From positions 21,558-85,557 of the forward strand of contig CAIOPG010000004.1 in the NCBI GenBank assembly GCA_903860135.1: 64,000 bases of DNA. Direction: 5' to 3'. The stretch comes from Candidatus Omnitrophota bacterium. GTDB lineage: Bacteria; Omnitrophota; Gorgyraeia; Zapsychrales; Fredricksoniimonadaceae. Every line of letters begins with the position of its first letter. Positions within the stretch are counted from its first letter, which is position 1. The notes under the pieces are model-generated. The model saw only the letters and a list, made by a program, of their open reading frames with translations. It ran no database searches and was not told the DNA's origin. Both the position numbers and the translations under genes were made by a program. Below are positions 20,475-29,766 of the stretch, one piece after another.

Positions 20475-20807
20475 ATGAAAGGAAACCTTATGACACACAA
20501 GCTCACAGCAATTATTGAACGCGAAGGTAATGGATATGTAGCATTATGCCCGGAACTTGATATCGCCAGCCAGGGCGATACGATTGAAATGGCACGCACC
20601 AATATCAAAGAAGCCGTTGAACTCTTTATCGATCATGCCTCCTCCAAAGAAATCGCCAGTCGGCTCCATGGTGAAATCTACGTAACCCAGTTTGAAGTTT
20701 CTCATGCAGTCACCCAACCAGGCAACGGCGTCTTTGTTGCTTTGGAATATAATGTCTCAGGCGCTATGTCAATGTTATCCGGCCAGCACAAAACGCCAAT
20801 TTCATGA
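20475..20807 (+). CDS. HicB-like (UPF0150) antitoxin-family protein; true start probably ATG at 20490, 3' end uncertain
   Basis: HKLTAIIEREGNGYVALCPELDIASQGDTIEMARTNIKEAVELFI matches the HicB N-terminal/UPF0150 fold signature. The open frame runs 105 nt into the convergent DUF2442 gene. Confidence 0.6.
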   Translation: MKGNLMTHKLTAIIEREGNGYVALCPELDIASQGDTIEMARTNIKEAVELFIDHASSKEIASRLHGEIYVTQFEVSHAVTQPGNGVFVALEYNVSGAMSMLSGQHKTPIS

Positions 20808-20971
20808 TTAATATAAAATTTCCTGAAGAAATTAATGTCTTTGAATTTCTCAAAAACACCCTTCTTCTGCTGATAGGACTGAAAATCAACCACGCCGCCT
20901 TTCCCATCTTCAAAGAGGACATTTATTTTATAATCATGACAATACGTAGCTGACTTAATATCGTAGTACAT
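20702..20971 (-). CDS. DUF2442 family protein
   Basis: 89 aa with DUF2442-like ...GVLCWPDNIDIAPETLY C-terminal motif; paired with a DUF4160 gene. Confidence 0.65.
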   Translation of the reverse strand: MYYDIKSATYCHDYKINVLFEDGKGGVVDFQSYQQKKGVFEKFKDINFFRKFYINHEIGVLCWPDNIDIAPETLYSKATKTPLPGWVTA

Positions 20972-20980
20972 AACAAAGCC

Positions 20981-21262
20981 TCATTTCAACGGCATGATTT
21001 TCTTTGGCACCTGATTTATTCGCGCCAATTCCCAATCTTCCATTAACTCCTTCTTATGCTGTGACGCCCATTCAATCACAAGCCCTAAGGCTCTTGGTGC
21101 CATTTGACCTTCCAAGATCGCTAATGCATCGATACTGACAATAACATTTTCATCCCCATACCGAGCATGAAAATGTGGTGGATTATGGTCATCGTAATAC
21201 ATCGCAACGATAATTCCGAAAAACCTGGATATCTCAGGCATCAACACCTCTTTTCCGTTCAA
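20981..21262 (-). CDS. DUF4160 family protein
   Basis: 93 aa; FFGIIVAMYYDDHNPPHFHARYGD motif typical of DUF4160; 10 nt upstream of the DUF2442 gene. Confidence 0.65.
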   Translation of the reverse strand: MNGKEVLMPEISRFFGIIVAMYYDDHNPPHFHARYGDENVIVSIDALAILEGQMAPRALGLVIEWASQHKKELMEDWELARINQVPKKIMPLK

Positions 21263-21264
21263 AC

Positions 21265-21287
21265 AAACCGGGACACACTACTTTTCC
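21265..21287. repeat. 23-bp direct repeat, right flank of the TA-like islet
   Basis: See 20374-20396. Confidence 0.65.
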
Positions 21288-21511
21288 AACAACGCAGTTA
21301 TCTGCCCTGCATCCACATAATCGGAAGGCTTGGAATTATGTTCACGTTTCATGGCCAATCGGATTAAGAGCATATCATCCAATACATCAACAAGCGCCTT
21401 CATGCCGGAATGTATTTCCAAAACACCACGCTGCTTCTGCCCAAAAATGGTCGTCGCTGGTTTCATTCTCATGCTCACTCCATATGCGTAAATATAACAC
21501 AAATCATACAC
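21278..21511 (-). CDS. Hypothetical small protein (possibly begins at MRMKPATT, 21472)
   Basis: 77-aa ORF in the AT-rich tract; no confident family assignment. Confidence 0.3.
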   Translation of the reverse strand: MYDLCYIYAYGVSMRMKPATTIFGQKQRGVLEIHSGMKALVDVLDDMLLIRLAMKREHNSKPSDYVDAGQITALLEK

Positions 21512-21555
21512 AAGAAATAATTTGTTTTACACCCCCATATTAAGTCGCGACACCA

Positions 21556-22722
21556 CTACTCCTCCGCACGCTCAACCACGGTCCCCGCCTTGGCGCAGGC
21601 GTGGGAATAAATCCATTCGAATTTGAAGAAGCCACTGCCGGTTGTTATCTCACAGGGGTCATTGACCTCAAGCCGGCTATACTCCCCATGCGGCACACTG
21701 AAACTATACGTGGCAATAGCGGGCGTCCATGACGATGTCCTGATGTAATAGGTGGTGCTGTTCCTGGAGCGTGACGTATGTTTGCCGATAATCCTGACCT
21801 GATGAGGCTCCTTCACAGAAGTGTCCTGAGTACCGTTGATGACCATCATCCCGCCCCAGCCTAAAGCCCCGATGCCGATCACGCCGGCGAGCACGGTGGC
21901 GCTGAAAACGCGCACGGCGGTTGATGTGCCTTTAACCGCGGAAATGATATACACCACAAAAAGCCCGGCGCAAAGAACGCTGCCGCGCAGTGACACCATG
22001 AACACATGAGACGGAACGACCGGGGAAAAACTGACAAACCCCCAAACAACAGACGCTATCCCGGCTATCAAGAAAAATATCCCCGCGCCGATCATGAATG
22101 CCGTCAGCGAACGGTTGGCATCGGAAAGGGGGGTCGCTGAAACCTGCCCCGGCTCAGGTGCCGGCATCCCCGCTGTCAATGCTGCCAGAGACATTGCCGC
22201 CGCTGTCATCTCGGCCTCCTGCGCCCGCCACGCTGTATCGCACGGCGTTTTAACCATGGTGCAGGTGCGCCCGTTGATCTCGAATGAATTAAACGTCCTG
22301 AGTATATTCCTCAAATGATCCCGCGCCTCCGGGGAATTCAGGAACTGTTCGACAAAAGACTGGTCTTCGCACTCCACATAGACCATGCTGTCAAACGAAG
22401 GGTCGCGCAACTCGATCTCGCGGGAGAAACCGATATTCTTGGCCAAACGATCCACCTCATTCTCAAGGCGAAAAAGGGCATGCGCAAAGAAATTCCCGGT
22501 CAAGCTGGCCCGAAGCTTCGCCGGCGTATTCTTGCTCCTGGGCGTATAATGAAACTTAACGCTCTGCCCCGCCGCATTAAAAAGACCCCGATCCAGCCAA
22601 CCGGTAGAACCCGTGCCTGATTTGAACTGTGCCATAAGATCAGGATTATTGGCCATGAATCGCGCCGCGACCACCACGGCGATCAACGTCGAAGAAATGA
22701 ACATCAACATAATGACAGGCAT
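21556..22722 (-). CDS. Hypothetical polytopic membrane protein
   Basis: 388 aa, native GC. N-terminal TM, soluble domain, 4-5 TM segments, C-terminal domain. No recognizable family. Confidence 0.55.
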   Translation of the reverse strand: MPVIMLMFISSTLIAVVVAARFMANNPDLMAQFKSGTGSTGWLDRGLFNAAGQSVKFHYTPRSKNTPAKLRASLTGNFFAHALFRLENEVDRLAKNIGFSREIELRDPSFDSMVYVECEDQSFVEQFLNSPEARDHLRNILRTFNSFEINGRTCTMVKTPCDTAWRAQEAEMTAAAMSLAALTAGMPAPEPGQVSATPLSDANRSLTAFMIGAGIFFLIAGIASVVWGFVSFSPVVPSHVFMVSLRGSVLCAGLFVVYIISAVKGTSTAVRVFSATVLAGVIGIGALGWGGMMVINGTQDTSVKEPHQVRIIGKHTSRSRNSTTYYIRTSSWTPAIATYSFSVPHGEYSRLEVNDPCEITTGSGFFKFEWIYSHACAKAGTVVERAEE

Positions 22723-22755
22723 GCTCGCTCCTTGGGTATTCTCTCAATCAAGAAA

Positions 22756-23559
22756 TTACGCTCCGACGATGGTGATCCTGAAACGATTGGCAAGCTTGAT
22801 GGTGGCCGTGCGGTCAATGATAAGGGTTTTCCCGGCCTCGATGGCAAGGCATGACGCACCGGCTTGCTTCATGGTGTGAATGGTCCGAGGGCCGATGACA
22901 GGAACGTCAAAACGAGGATCTTGCTTCGGCTTGGATGTCTTTACAACTACCGCATTACCGCGGGCGATCTTCCCACCGCGCACGATCGCCCGATCCGTGC
23001 CTTCCATGGCCTCGATGGCCACGATCGCCCGCCCCTGAATAACAACCGTCTGGCCGATATCCAGTCCACCCATCTGCTTGGCGATGGCGCGGCCAAATTC
23101 GATGTCCGCAAGCTCTGCGAGCGTCGGAGCGCGGCGTGTGAGGGTGCCGTGCGGGGCAAGAAAGTCTTTTAAAAGAAGTGTGGAATCCAAAAGCTCCATG
23201 CCTTCGGCGGCCAGGCGTTCGGCAATAGCACCAAAGATCGTATCACAGCGACGGTCGGCGAGGGCATCGAAAAGACGGCGGAATTCCTCATCCACCGGAA
23301 GGTCCTTCCGAAAGAGATTCGCCGGATTGACCTGACCGGCCATGAGCACCTGCCTAATCCCGCCCACGCGAAAATATTCAAAAAGTTTTTTCAATTCCCC
23401 AGGGGAAAACCAGCGGACTTCATCAACAAAGAAAGGAATGAACCACGACGTATCACCCTTGACCGCAGCGACCACGACACGGATCCCCTGCTGACGGGCG
23501 GCACGCGCGAACATCAGCGGGAACGCCCCATTGCCAGCAATAAGGCCGATCGTTTTCAT
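22756..23559 (-). CDS. lpxI: UDP-2,3-diacylglucosamine pyrophosphatase LpxI (DUF1009)
   Basis: N-terminal MKTIGLIAGNGAFP and overall DUF1009 architecture; immediately downstream of lpxA as in Caulobacter-type lipid A clusters. Confidence 0.75.
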   Translation of the reverse strand: MKTIGLIAGNGAFPLMFARAARQQGIRVVVAAVKGDTSWFIPFFVDEVRWFSPGELKKLFEYFRVGGIRQVLMAGQVNPANLFRKDLPVDEEFRRLFDALADRRCDTIFGAIAERLAAEGMELLDSTLLLKDFLAPHGTLTRRAPTLAELADIEFGRAIAKQMGGLDIGQTVVIQGRAIVAIEAMEGTDRAIVRGGKIARGNAVVVKTSKPKQDPRFDVPVIGPRTIHTMKQAGASCLAIEAGKTLIIDRTATIKLANRFRITIVGA

Positions 23560-24365
23560 TCTTCAGAAGAAGGGTCTTTGGCCGAACCGCACAGGCCGCG
23601 CTGAGATGCGCCGGCAAAATCAACAAGATGCCCGACCTCGGGAGTCTTGATCACGTCCTTCTGTATCTGCTCGATGGCACTCGACTTGGCAAGCCCGGAA
23701 TGAAAAAGGATACGGAACGCTTCTTTAAGGTGTTTCATGTTCGACGCGGTCATGCCCGCACGGCGCAAGCCGACGGCATTAATATTGTAAACCAGCGCCG
23801 GGCCGCCCACACACAAGGCATAAGGCGGGACATCCTGAATGACGCGCGAACAACCGCCGATCATGGCCATGGTGCCCAGGCGGCAAAACTGATGGATCGC
23901 CGTAAGCCCGCCGATGATCACGCGATCCTCGACCGTCACATGCCCGGCCAGCGTGCCTGAATTGGCGAACACACAATCATCCCCGACCCGGCAATCATGC
24001 GCCACATGCGCATAGGCCATGAAAAGATTATTATTCCCAATGCGCGTCAAGCCGCCGCCCTCGATGGTGCCGCGGTTGATGGTCACAAACTCGCGGAAAA
24101 TATTGTTCGCGCCGATCTCCAGGCACGTCTTGTCGAGGCGTTTGTGCTTCTTGTCCTGCGGATCGCCGCCGATAGCCGCATGGGGGAAAATCCTGGATCC
24201 ATTGCCGATGGTGGTCCAGCCACTCACATGCGCGTGCGCGCCGACTTCGACATCGTCGCCGAGGACCACTTCACCGTCGATCACCGCATAAGGTCCGATG
24301 ATGACATTGTCGCCCGTCTTAACAAGAGGCCCTACAACTGCCGTGGGATGTATCTGATGTGCCAT
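23556..24365 (-). CDS. lpxA: Acyl-ACP--UDP-N-acetylglucosamine O-acyltransferase
   Basis: Left-handed beta-helix hexapeptide repeats plus C-terminal helical domain; 269 aa. Confidence 0.88.
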   Translation of the reverse strand: MAHQIHPTAVVGPLVKTGDNVIIGPYAVIDGEVVLGDDVEVGAHAHVSGWTTIGNGSRIFPHAAIGGDPQDKKHKRLDKTCLEIGANNIFREFVTINRGTIEGGGLTRIGNNNLFMAYAHVAHDCRVGDDCVFANSGTLAGHVTVEDRVIIGGLTAIHQFCRLGTMAMIGGCSRVIQDVPPYALCVGGPALVYNINAVGLRRAGMTASNMKHLKEAFRILFHSGLAKSSAIEQIQKDVIKTPEVGHLVDFAGASQRGLCGSAKDPSSEE

Positions 24366-25676
24366 TTATTCTCCAAAGGCAAAGCCCATCTCGGCTTCGC
24401 ACACAATCTGACCGTCCACCCTGCACACACCCTTGGCCTGCGCAATGCGTGAACGTGCTTTTGTAATTTCCACTTCCATCACCAGCTGATCGCCGGGCTC
24501 AACGATCTTGCGGAATCGGACCCCGTCAACCGACATATAAAACCCGATCTTGCCCAACAGCGCCGGCATCGACAAGAGCGTCACCGCCGCTACCTGCGCC
24601 ATGGCTTCGAGCATAAGCACTCCGGGCATCACCGGGCGTGCCGGAAAATGCCCCTGAAAAAAAGCCTCGTTCATCGTCACATTCTTGATCCCCACCCCGC
24701 GCTTGCCGGACTCCATCTCAACGATCCGGTCAACGAGAAGGAAGGGATAACGGTGCGGGATAATATTCATGATCCCGCGCACATCCATGGACGTGCCTTC
24801 TTTATATTCTACCTTAAAAAGATCCCGCCGGGCTTCATACCTGTTTTTTTGTTCCGCGATCTTCTTTAAAAGTTCACGATTAAGATTATGCCCGCTCTTG
24901 AACGCGAACACATGCCCTTTGATCGGCATACCCAACAGGAACAGATCACCAACACAATCCAGGATCTTGTGGCGCGCGGCCTCGTCGGAGAATCGCAACG
25001 TGTTATCCACCACCCCATCCGGCCCGAAGATCAGCGTATTAACTGTATTAGCGCCTTGGCCAAGTCCTTTGGCGAGCAGGGCATCCGCCTCTTCCTTGAG
25101 GCAAAATGTCCGGCACGGCGCAATCTCTTTTTCATAGGTCTCGGGAGTTACCGTCAAAGAAAGCGACTGCCGAAGCATCGGGTGCGGATATTCCAGCGCA
25201 TACGACACCTTGAAATCCTGCGCCGGGACGATCATAACTGAAGCCCCGTCCTTAAATACAGAGATCGGCTCCTTGATCTCCCAATAGATCTTTTCAGCTT
25301 CCAACGCCACAATACCGGCGACCTTCAGCGCCTTCACATATTCCACAGCACTGCCGTCCATGCCCGGCGGCTCATCCCCGTTCATTTCGATCGTGACATT
25401 GTCAATGCCAAGGCCGCACAAAGAACTCACCACATGCTCAACCGTATAAATGACGGTCGTGCCACTTTTTAACGCAGAATACCGGCCTGCGTCAGCGCCC
25501 ATGATAAGCGCCAGATCTCCGAGCTTCAACCGTGGCCGGCCTTCAATATCCGTGCGCACAAAATGAATGCCCTCACCGACAGCCGCTGGCTTGAACGTGA
25601 TCTGCACGGCATGGCCCGTGTGAAGCCCTCTACCGGACAGCGTAAATTCTTTTCCGATCGTATTTTGCTGGGTCAT
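24366..25676 (-). CDS. lpxC/fabZ: Bifunctional UDP-3-O-acyl-GlcNAc deacetylase / 3-hydroxyacyl-ACP dehydratase (LpxC-FabZ fusion)
   Basis: N-terminal LpxC (HTGHAV...EHVVSSL...HK.LD motifs) fused to C-terminal FabZ hotdog domain ([14 protein letters not shown]...GHFP..PVMPGVL). Confidence 0.88.
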   Translation of the reverse strand: MTQQNTIGKEFTLSGRGLHTGHAVQITFKPAAVGEGIHFVRTDIEGRPRLKLGDLALIMGADAGRYSALKSGTTVIYTVEHVVSSLCGLGIDNVTIEMNGDEPPGMDGSAVEYVKALKVAGIVALEAEKIYWEIKEPISVFKDGASVMIVPAQDFKVSYALEYPHPMLRQSLSLTVTPETYEKEIAPCRTFCLKEEADALLAKGLGQGANTVNTLIFGPDGVVDNTLRFSDEAARHKILDCVGDLFLLGMPIKGHVFAFKSGHNLNRELLKKIAEQKNRYEARRDLFKVEYKEGTSMDVRGIMNIIPHRYPFLLVDRIVEMESGKRGVGIKNVTMNEAFFQGHFPARPVMPGVLMLEAMAQVAAVTLLSMPALLGKIGFYMSVDGVRFRKIVEPGDQLVMEVEITKARSRIAQAKGVCRVDGQIVCEAEMGFAFGE

Positions 25677-26707
25677 GCTCCCGATCTTCCTTCCAGAACC
25701 TTGATCCGTTGTTCGAGCTCTGCCAGCCGCGCCACATATTGCGGTAAGCGCCCGACAAGCCCCATTTCACGTACCGCCTGCTTATATTCCTGTGCCGGAG
25801 TCCCGAACATCTTGGCACCCGGAGGAACGTCCTTGGTGATGCCCGACTGAGCCGCCACCATGGCACCGTCTCCGACCTTCACATGCCCGGCAACACCCAC
25901 CTGCCCGGCAATGATGGCATTGTGCCCGATCGACGCACTGCCGGCAATGCCGGCCAGCGCAATGATAAAACAATTCTCGCCGATACGGACATTGTGCGCG
26001 ATCTGCACCAGATTGTCAATTTTAGTGCCACGCCCGATGAGTGTCTTGTCAAACCTTGCCCGGTCAATGGTAACACAGGCACCGATCTCGACATCATCCT
26101 CGATCACCACCGTCCCCATCTGCGGGATCTTATGATGCTTTCCCTCGATGGTCATATAACCAAAACCGTCCGACCCGATCACCGACCCGCTATGGATAAT
26201 GATCCGGTGGCCGAGCGTCACATCCTCACGGATGGTCACGTTCGGATAGATCAGGCAATCCGCCCCTATAACGGTCTTCTGCCCTACGAAAACACCGGCG
26301 CAAATGACCGTGTCGGAGCCAACCTTCACATCTTTTTCGATGACAACATTCGGTCCGATCCCCACACCGGCACCGATGACCGCCGAAGGATCAACGACCG
26401 CCGAAGGATGGATCCCAGCCATTTTAGGCGTAAGGTCTTCCTTGATCGCCGCTACCACTTTGGAGAAAGCGAGCGAAGGATTTTCCGTCTGAATAACAGA
26501 CTTGCCAACGACAACAACATCCAAGCCAACAATGATCGCTGAAGCCTCAGTCAACGAGGCCAACGGCAAGTATTTGGGATTGGCCAAGAAGGTCAGATCA
26601 CCCGCCTTGGCTTCCCTCATGCCACAAACACCTTTAATAAGAAGCGCGCCGTCACCGACGACGCGCCCCCCTGTATCTTTAGCAATTTCCGACAAGCTTT
26701 TTTGCAT
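25673..26707 (-). CDS. lpxD: UDP-3-O-acylglucosamine N-acyltransferase
   Basis: LpxD N-terminal domain plus long hexapeptide LbH region. Start at MQKSLSEIA. Confidence 0.88.
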   Translation of the reverse strand: MQKSLSEIAKDTGGRVVGDGALLIKGVCGMREAKAGDLTFLANPKYLPLASLTEASAIIVGLDVVVVGKSVIQTENPSLAFSKVVAAIKEDLTPKMAGIHPSAVVDPSAVIGAGVGIGPNVVIEKDVKVGSDTVICAGVFVGQKTVIGADCLIYPNVTIREDVTLGHRIIIHSGSVIGSDGFGYMTIEGKHHKIPQMGTVVIEDDVEIGACVTIDRARFDKTLIGRGTKIDNLVQIAHNVRIGENCFIIALAGIAGSASIGHNAIIAGQVGVAGHVKVGDGAMVAAQSGITKDVPPGAKMFGTPAQEYKQAVREMGLVGRLPQYVARLAELEQRIKVLEGRSGA

Positions 26708-26717
26708 GAAAACCCAG

Positions 26718-27254
26718 TTATTTCTTGACCTGCGCCTGCTTATAAGCGTCATTTAATCCGGCCAAGATCGGCTCGGTAATGTTCATATTATCCGCACCAT
26801 AAATAAGCACGCGATCGTTAAACACAAAAGAATACCCTTCTTTCTTGGCGTACTCGCTCACGACTTTCTCGATCTCCATGAGGATCTCACGCACCCGCTC
26901 ATCACGCGCCTTATTAAGATCCGTGCGTTTTTGCTGATCGAACGCCTTGAGTTCATTGGTCAACTTTTCGACATCTTTATCGGTCTTGGCTTTTTCATTC
27001 TCTTTCAATGCCGCAGACTTGCCCTGAAGTTCGCGGATAGCCTCGATCTTCTTATTGCGTTCTTCCTGGAACTTCGCATTATCCGCTTCAAGGACCTTGT
27101 CATAAACCTTGGTCCTTTCATACTCATCAAACACGCGGCTTAAATTCACAAACGCAACCTTGCCTTTAAAATCCTGCGCTTGGACCTGAGGAACCGCAAA
27201 AATACCCACCAACATCACAACCAACGCCACAACCAACCCTTTCAACGAACGCAT
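26718..27254 (-). CDS. skp: Periplasmic chaperone Skp/OmpH
   Basis: Signal peptide followed by Lys/Glu-rich coiled-coil OmpH domain; between bamA and lpxD. Confidence 0.82.
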   Translation of the reverse strand: MRSLKGLVVALVVMLVGIFAVPQVQAQDFKGKVAFVNLSRVFDEYERTKVYDKVLEADNAKFQEERNKKIEAIRELQGKSAALKENEKAKTDKDVEKLTNELKAFDQQKRTDLNKARDERVREILMEIEKVVSEYAKKEGYSFVFNDRVLIYGADNMNITEPILAGLNDAYKQAQVKK

Positions 27255-27291
27255 AACCCCTCCTTTTTGGTGTATACAAAAAAATACTATA

Positions 27292-29718
27292 CTAAAAACC
27301 ACGACTTACGCTAAAGTAAAATTTTCCACTGCTACGGCTGTCTTTCCCCGGCTCCTTATCTAGCGGGATCCCATAATCAAGTTTCATCGGGCCAATGGGC
27401 GTTTTGACACGAAAGCCAAGCCCGTACCCGGAATACATCTTGTTTGTCAGCACGTCGGAAGATTTCGCCGACACATTCCCCATATCATAGAAAACAGCCA
27501 TTTTGATCACTTCAACCATCGGGATCGTATATTCTACCGTACCAACAACGATCGCATTGCCACCAATGGAATCTTGCGTATTAGCGTCCACCGGACCGAT
27601 CGCGCGCTCGCTGTAACCGCGAATTGACTGCGCGCCACCTGCAAAATAACGCTCGAAGATCGGGACTTTCGCCGAGTTGCCGTAAGCATCCACCATGCCC
27701 GCACGTGCGCTCAGTTCAACAACGGAATTGAATTTCAACGGCACATAGTACGCCGCGTTCGTTTCCAGACGGTAAAAATCCTTATCTCCGCCCAAGGGTC
27801 CGCCGGCAACATCAGACGCCACCGTACCGACCCAGCCTTTGGTCGGCGAAAGTGTGCTGTCGCGATGGTCGTTGGTCAATGAAGCCCCGACCGAACTGAC
27901 CGTGTTTTTCCCAACCTCGGCCTGTAAATCCGTAGAAACCCCGGTCTGCATATTGCTAATATTGATATTTTCAATACGGTAATAACCTGCTGTGGAAAGA
28001 TAATCCGTAAGCTCCTTGCCGGCGCGCAACTTTAACCCGGTACGCGTCTGGTCATAGGCATACCCGGTATTGCTGGCGCGCTGGTACTGCATGCGATAAA
28101 GATCAAACCCGCCGGATACCGGATAATCAAACAACCACGGCTCGGTGAAAGACAACATCTCGTTGTTCTTGGTGGAACCAACCTCCGCGCGCATCGAAAC
28201 CCTCTGACCGCCGCCCGTGAACGTGGGCCAGTTGGCAAAATCGAAATTCTTTTGCTCGACCTCGACAAACCCGAGAAGGCTGTCAACGGTGGAATAACCG
28301 CCGCCGAAACTGAATGACCCTGTCTTGGCTTCTTTCACCTCGACCAGAAGATCCTTCTCGTCGGGCACCGTCGTGTCTTGAATGTCAAAATTGACATCCT
28401 CAAAATACCCCAGGTTGTTCAGTCGTTCCTTGCTCCGACGCAACTTGACGCCGTCAAACTGGTCGCCGGGATACATGCGAAGTTCACGCCGGATGACTAT
28501 ATCCCTAGTCTGCGTATTGCCCTGCACCTGGATCTTGTTGATGTAAGCCAGCCCGCCCTCCTGAATATCCAGAGTGATATCCACCTGACCGTTGTCGGGA
28601 TTTAACGATGTCGCTTCATTGATTTTCGCAAAGATGTAACCCTTATCAAAATAAAGCGAACGAATATTGGCCACATCATCGGCCAGGCGAACCTTGGAGA
28701 ATATCTTGCCGTTTCTGATATCTTTCATGACCGTCTCTATCTCCAGAGACGTGATGATCGCATTGCCTGTTATAACCACATTCCCAACAAAATACTGCTT
28801 GCCTTCGCTCACATTCACATCCACATTGACCAGCCCGCGTTTGAGCTGTTCAACCCCGTAACCAGCCTTAGCGTCGATATAGCCGTTCTTCTCGTAGAAA
28901 GCCTGAATGCGATCCATGTCCTCAGCCAAAACATCATCCTTCAAATAGCCGGAATTAAAAATCCATGCCGGACGGGATTTCATAACCTTAATGACCTTTG
29001 CACCACTATAAGCCGCATTTCCCAGCACCTTGATCTTGTGAATGCGGACACGGTAACCCTCCCGTATGATCACATGCAGGGTCACTTTATTCGTTGTGGT
29101 ATTCAGAAAATCCTCTACCTTGACCTCAACCTGGGTCATGCCCTTCTTGACATAAAGTTCCTTGATCGTATTGATGTCATCATTCAATGATTTCTTGTCG
29201 AAGAATTTCCCGGGCTGAGTCTTGATCTTGGAAAGGATGACTTTGTTATTGTAATAACGAATTTTTGAAAAAGTTATCTTGTCGACGATCGGCTTCTCTT
29301 CGAGATAAAGGATAACCTTCAAGCCGTCCGCTTCTTCTTGGCGGTCAACGCGCACATCCGAAAAATAACCTGTATTGTAAAGCCTTTTGAGATCGTCTGA
29401 AATGACCGTCTGCCGGTATTCCAGGCCAACGCGCGTCTTGATCCGGCTCAGGATCGTTGCTATGCCGATCGACTTGTTGCCCTGGATATCGATCGACCGC
29501 ACAATCTTGCCGACAGGCACAGCTTCGCTTGCTGGTTCATACGAAGCCGGCGCCGACTGGCTAATCAGTGCTTCATCTGCCGTGGCAGATTCAACGGCGT
29601 CCAAGGCGGCATTAACAGCCGATGGATCTGTTGTATCTTCCGCGCGGACAAACCCGGCCCCCATTAAAAGTAAGAATAAGATAGAAATACTAATGTAGGA
29701 GTAAGATGATTTTTTCAT
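27292..29718 (-). CDS. bamA: Outer membrane protein assembly factor BamA
   Basis: 808 aa. Signal peptide, five POTRA-like repeats, C-terminal Omp85 beta-barrel ending in an aromatic residue. Confidence 0.9.
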   Translation of the reverse strand: MKKSSYSYISISILFLLLMGAGFVRAEDTTDPSAVNAALDAVESATADEALISQSAPASYEPASEAVPVGKIVRSIDIQGNKSIGIATILSRIKTRVGLEYRQTVISDDLKRLYNTGYFSDVRVDRQEEADGLKVILYLEEKPIVDKITFSKIRYYNNKVILSKIKTQPGKFFDKKSLNDDINTIKELYVKKGMTQVEVKVEDFLNTTTNKVTLHVIIREGYRVRIHKIKVLGNAAYSGAKVIKVMKSRPAWIFNSGYLKDDVLAEDMDRIQAFYEKNGYIDAKAGYGVEQLKRGLVNVDVNVSEGKQYFVGNVVITGNAIITSLEIETVMKDIRNGKIFSKVRLADDVANIRSLYFDKGYIFAKINEATSLNPDNGQVDITLDIQEGGLAYINKIQVQGNTQTRDIVIRRELRMYPGDQFDGVKLRRSKERLNNLGYFEDVNFDIQDTTVPDEKDLLVEVKEAKTGSFSFGGGYSTVDSLLGFVEVEQKNFDFANWPTFTGGGQRVSMRAEVGSTKNNEMLSFTEPWLFDYPVSGGFDLYRMQYQRASNTGYAYDQTRTGLKLRAGKELTDYLSTAGYYRIENINISNMQTGVSTDLQAEVGKNTVSSVGASLTNDHRDSTLSPTKGWVGTVASDVAGGPLGGDKDFYRLETNAAYYVPLKFNSVVELSARAGMVDAYGNSAKVPIFERYFAGGAQSIRGYSERAIGPVDANTQDSIGGNAIVVGTVEYTIPMVEVIKMAVFYDMGNVSAKSSDVLTNKMYSGYGLGFRVKTPIGPMKLDYGIPLDKEPGKDSRSSGKFYFSVSRGF

Positions 29719-29766
29719 AGAAATGAATTATACTTTCCTTGCTCTTGCCTGTCAAAACGTATCTGT

